Below, piece after piece: positions 60,983 through 64,000 of a DNA stretch of 64,000 nucleotides. Made by a program: the position numbers and the translations under genes. The stretch spans positions 17,670,001-17,734,000 of the forward strand of contig NC_047018.1 of NCBI RefSeq assembly GCF_902652985.1, written 5' to 3'. This DNA is from Pecten maximus. Lineage: Eukaryota. The first letter of the stretch is position 1. Each line of letters opens with the position of its first letter. The notes beneath the pieces were generated by a model. The model had not been told where the DNA came from. It did no database searches and saw only the letters and a list, made by a program, of their open reading frames with translations.

Positions 60983-62625
60983 GTAAGCAGATTCCGTTGG
61001 ATAACAGATGAACACCTTAAAACACACACCTATGAGCAGAGCATGTTATTGAGCTGTACATCCGTCCGTGCGACCTTCCATTAACAATTCACCATGACTA
61101 GTCTTACACTTACACACCACATATTTATAGGTTACACATGAATCATCCTTACGACATTGGGAAAAGCATATCATGTAATTGGGAGGCAAAGTTTTGTGAA
61201 ATGTTTAGGCTTTTGTGGCAGTTTTCAGCTGAATATATCCAGATATCAGTATGACAGGAAGTAGCGCATATCGTAATTTGGTGTTGGCTCGTCAATTTTA
61301 TGACAACTATGGCCTTTTATGGTCATTTAGAATATTCCCACAATTTACCTAGCATTTTTTTTTTTTTTTTGTGCTGTGAGTCCATTTGCGTCTCACAATA
61401 ACTAAACTCTACATTTTCGAAAGCACGCGGTTTGATATAAAATGCTGCATAGGCAGACAGCCAGTTGGGATTTGTTATCGCCTTTTCTTGAGAAATTCTG
61501 AAACGCCACATTTAGGCATACCCTAGTCGCTAGTTTATGAATCAAATAACAAAATGACACGCGGCCATCTTTCATTTCGCTATTTCATGACAAATTTTCA
61601 AACGTTCATGTAGGTTTCCCTTAGTCCCTAGTTGGCCCCATTTGAATTTGTGTCTGGCAGCATACATCATGGCTGGCAGTTGAAGTTTAGTAGTGCTATT
61701 TCTAATTTACAGATTTTTTCTTTGATATCATATGAAGATTTCCTTTGTCTCAAACTTCGTTTGTAGGTTCCACCAAGTCTTCAGTTTGCCCACTTGATTT
61801 TGATCCAGAAAGTAAAACGACTGACACTTAAAATTCAGAGAAAGTTCTCCTTAGATCCCCCTTATATTTCCTGTAAGGCCCAATTTTTAATAAATCATTA
61901 AAGTAGAGAAAACATTCGTGTTACATAGAACCAATAAGGATAATTTGATGTTTGGAGCCAAGACCCTCTAGGATCTTAAACTTACGATAGAATATTGCAA
62001 AGCGATCTCTGACCAAAGATGCATATAAATTGTGAATTCATTTATTGTATCCCTTCTTCCTGGATAGTTTGCGGGTTGCAGGTAGACACATGTTTCCATT
62101 TTTCAAAAGTTTCAATAACTTTCTTCTGCAGACTAAGATATACTGGAATCAAACTCACACATGTCAAATTTTACCTCTCTCAGAGACTGACAGAGGGGTG
62201 GGGCCAAAATAGGTTTAATATCTAACCATTTTACTTCACTTAGATCCAAATATCAAATACTCAACCTTGAATCCGTATACATGTATTAGGTATAAGATAG
62301 GACATTTTTTACCTCGATTGCCGTGTTTTGTGTTTAGAGATAATTTCCTTGTCGAATCACAGGAAATAACGATAAATCAGAGCTCAGGTGATCATGCTAC
62401 TCTTAATGAATACCTTGTCCTCAAAATTATGTTATCAGTTCAGTATTTTGGTTCAAAATATTGTCTGCAACTGGATGATACTCTTGCACCACTATCTCTT
62501 TTATCATCTTCAGTAAATTTAGCTATGAAATGTATTTTAAGAATGTCAATTGTTCTCCTTATTCAACTTTTCCTTTATAACAGTGCCATGTATACTTAGA
62601 GTCACTATATCAATCACAAGAGTGA

Positions 62626-62632
<7 letters not shown>

Positions 62633-62677
<45 letters not shown>
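62633..62677. repeat. (GA)n microsatellite
   Basis: Directly visible. Confidence 0.95.
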
Positions 62678-62679
<2 letters not shown>

Positions 62680-62837
62680 ATAATCTAATCTGATTGACTT
62701 TTTAAATTATGCTGGATAATTATTCAAGCATCATTTACAGCCAGACATTTACATGAACATCTTTATTGAATTAAGATATATGTATGGTTAACTTTATCAA
62801 TGATAATGACTTTGATAATGATGTTTCGTTTATGAAG

Positions 62838-62987
62838 AATGTCCAGCTGGGCGATATGGGGATGCCTGTCAGGAGAATTGTGGTAACTGTGCAGGAGAAA
62901 GCACTTGTCATTATATCGGTGGAGGATGTAGCATTGAAGAGACCTATCGGTGTGATCCGGGATGGAAAGGGGAAACGTGCAAAAATC
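62838..62987 (+). CDS. EGF-like repeat exon 3
   Basis: CPAGRYGDACQENCGNCAGESTCHYIGGGCSIEETYRCDPGWKGETCKN; phase 1-1. Confidence 0.9.
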
Positions 62988-63288
62988 GTACGAACAACTT
63001 ATAAATAATAATTGCTAAATATTAAAAAGTTTTCTTTAAGACCAAAATCAAGTTGAGAGAGAAATAATAATATTTATGGAAATCGCATGCCTCACAAGTG
63101 AAGGGAAATATCCTGTATTGAATGCGAAAATTCAGTGGTCGAACTGATCAAATTTTGATTAACATTGCTTTTTTAACGCACAATAGGAAGAATTTGTACA
63201 TTATAGGAAGAATTTGTACAATGTACAACAGAGGTTAATTATATCAGATGTTAACATGACATGAAGTAAATACCTACAATGTATTCAG

Positions 63289-63432
63289 GTTGCAATAGTA
63301 CTGAGTATGGACCGGATTGTAGTCAGGCGTGTGGACGATGTTTTAACTTCTCGTGTGAATCGGTGTCTGGTAACTGTACTGGAGGGTGTCTGGACGGATG
63401 GACAGGTGTTCAGTGTTCAGAAATGTTAGTTG
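63289..63432 (+). CDS. EGF-like repeat exon 4; gene continues beyond the window
   Basis: CNSTEYGPDCSQACGRCFNFSCESVSGNCTGGCLDGWTGVQCSEMLV; G|gtgagt donor. Confidence 0.92.
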
Positions 63433-64000
63433 GTGAGTCATATAGATAGTGTTGCCTATTATAGGATGGGAAAGGGGTGGTAATCAGAAATTTAATCACA
63501 CTTCCCTTTATTGAAATTCTGTTGTTGGTTGTTGTTGTTGTTGTTGTAGTCCTATCTCATAATGTACTGCATTTAATTCTGATAGTAATCTTCGTTGATC
63601 AAACTAATCTACAATTCTTTAAATTTTCCTTACCAAGCTAAATACTTCATCTGTCGAAGCAAGATGTACTGCATGCAAATTTAGAAATCAGTTAGCATCG
63701 ACTAGGAATTTGCGACGTAGTGAATGTTGTAGTAAATGCCTAAGCTAAACACAGACTAGGTAATGTCGAAAAATCAATCATTCGATTTCATTTAAGAAAA
63801 CTGCAAATGTACTTATTGCAATAATTTTAACAGATTAGTGGAATGATGAATTGGTGCATCCCGACCGATGGCTATAGAAATATAATATGTGAAAACTCAT
63901 TAGCACGATAACGCGGGAAAATAAGGTAATCACTTAACAGTTTCTAATGGTCAGTTCTGTTTGTTTGTTTGTTGTTGTTGTTGTTTTTTTGTTTTTGTTT

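Overview
AT-rich, repeat-dense animal genomic DNA. The gene families and repeat types suggest a bivalve mollusc, which is an inference. A 500-N scaffold gap (39334-39833) splits the window. Left of the gap there is an internally deleted ISL2EU DNA transposon (THAP transposase and SWIM-finger gene, convergent), several decayed LINEs, a Penelope fragment, two of three tRNA/Deu-type SINEs, two TTAA-flanked Kolobok-like elements, many mini/satellite arrays, an orphan signal-peptide exon, and a 1.8-kb-arm inverted duplication made by a composite DNA-transposon insertion. Right of the gap are the third SINE, the last two exons of a TCP11-like gene (-), an intact 10.7-kb Ty3/Gypsy LTR retrotransposon (-), a 29-bp satellite and five exons of an F-type-lectin/EGF-repeat gene (+). 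The most notable item is the Gypsy element. Where env would normally sit it has an intact third gene encoding two zinc fingers, a (KERQE)n charged helix, a Ser/Arg-rich tract and a KCTD-type BTB/T1 domain. That gene appears to be expressed by splicing from a 4-codon mini-exon inside the LTR, and each LTR carries a cluster of GAAGGTGC motifs. The element has no target-site duplication and lies between two 5'-truncated host genes, so it marks a rearrangement or an assembly join. All protein-family calls come from motif recognition by eye; no database searches were run.
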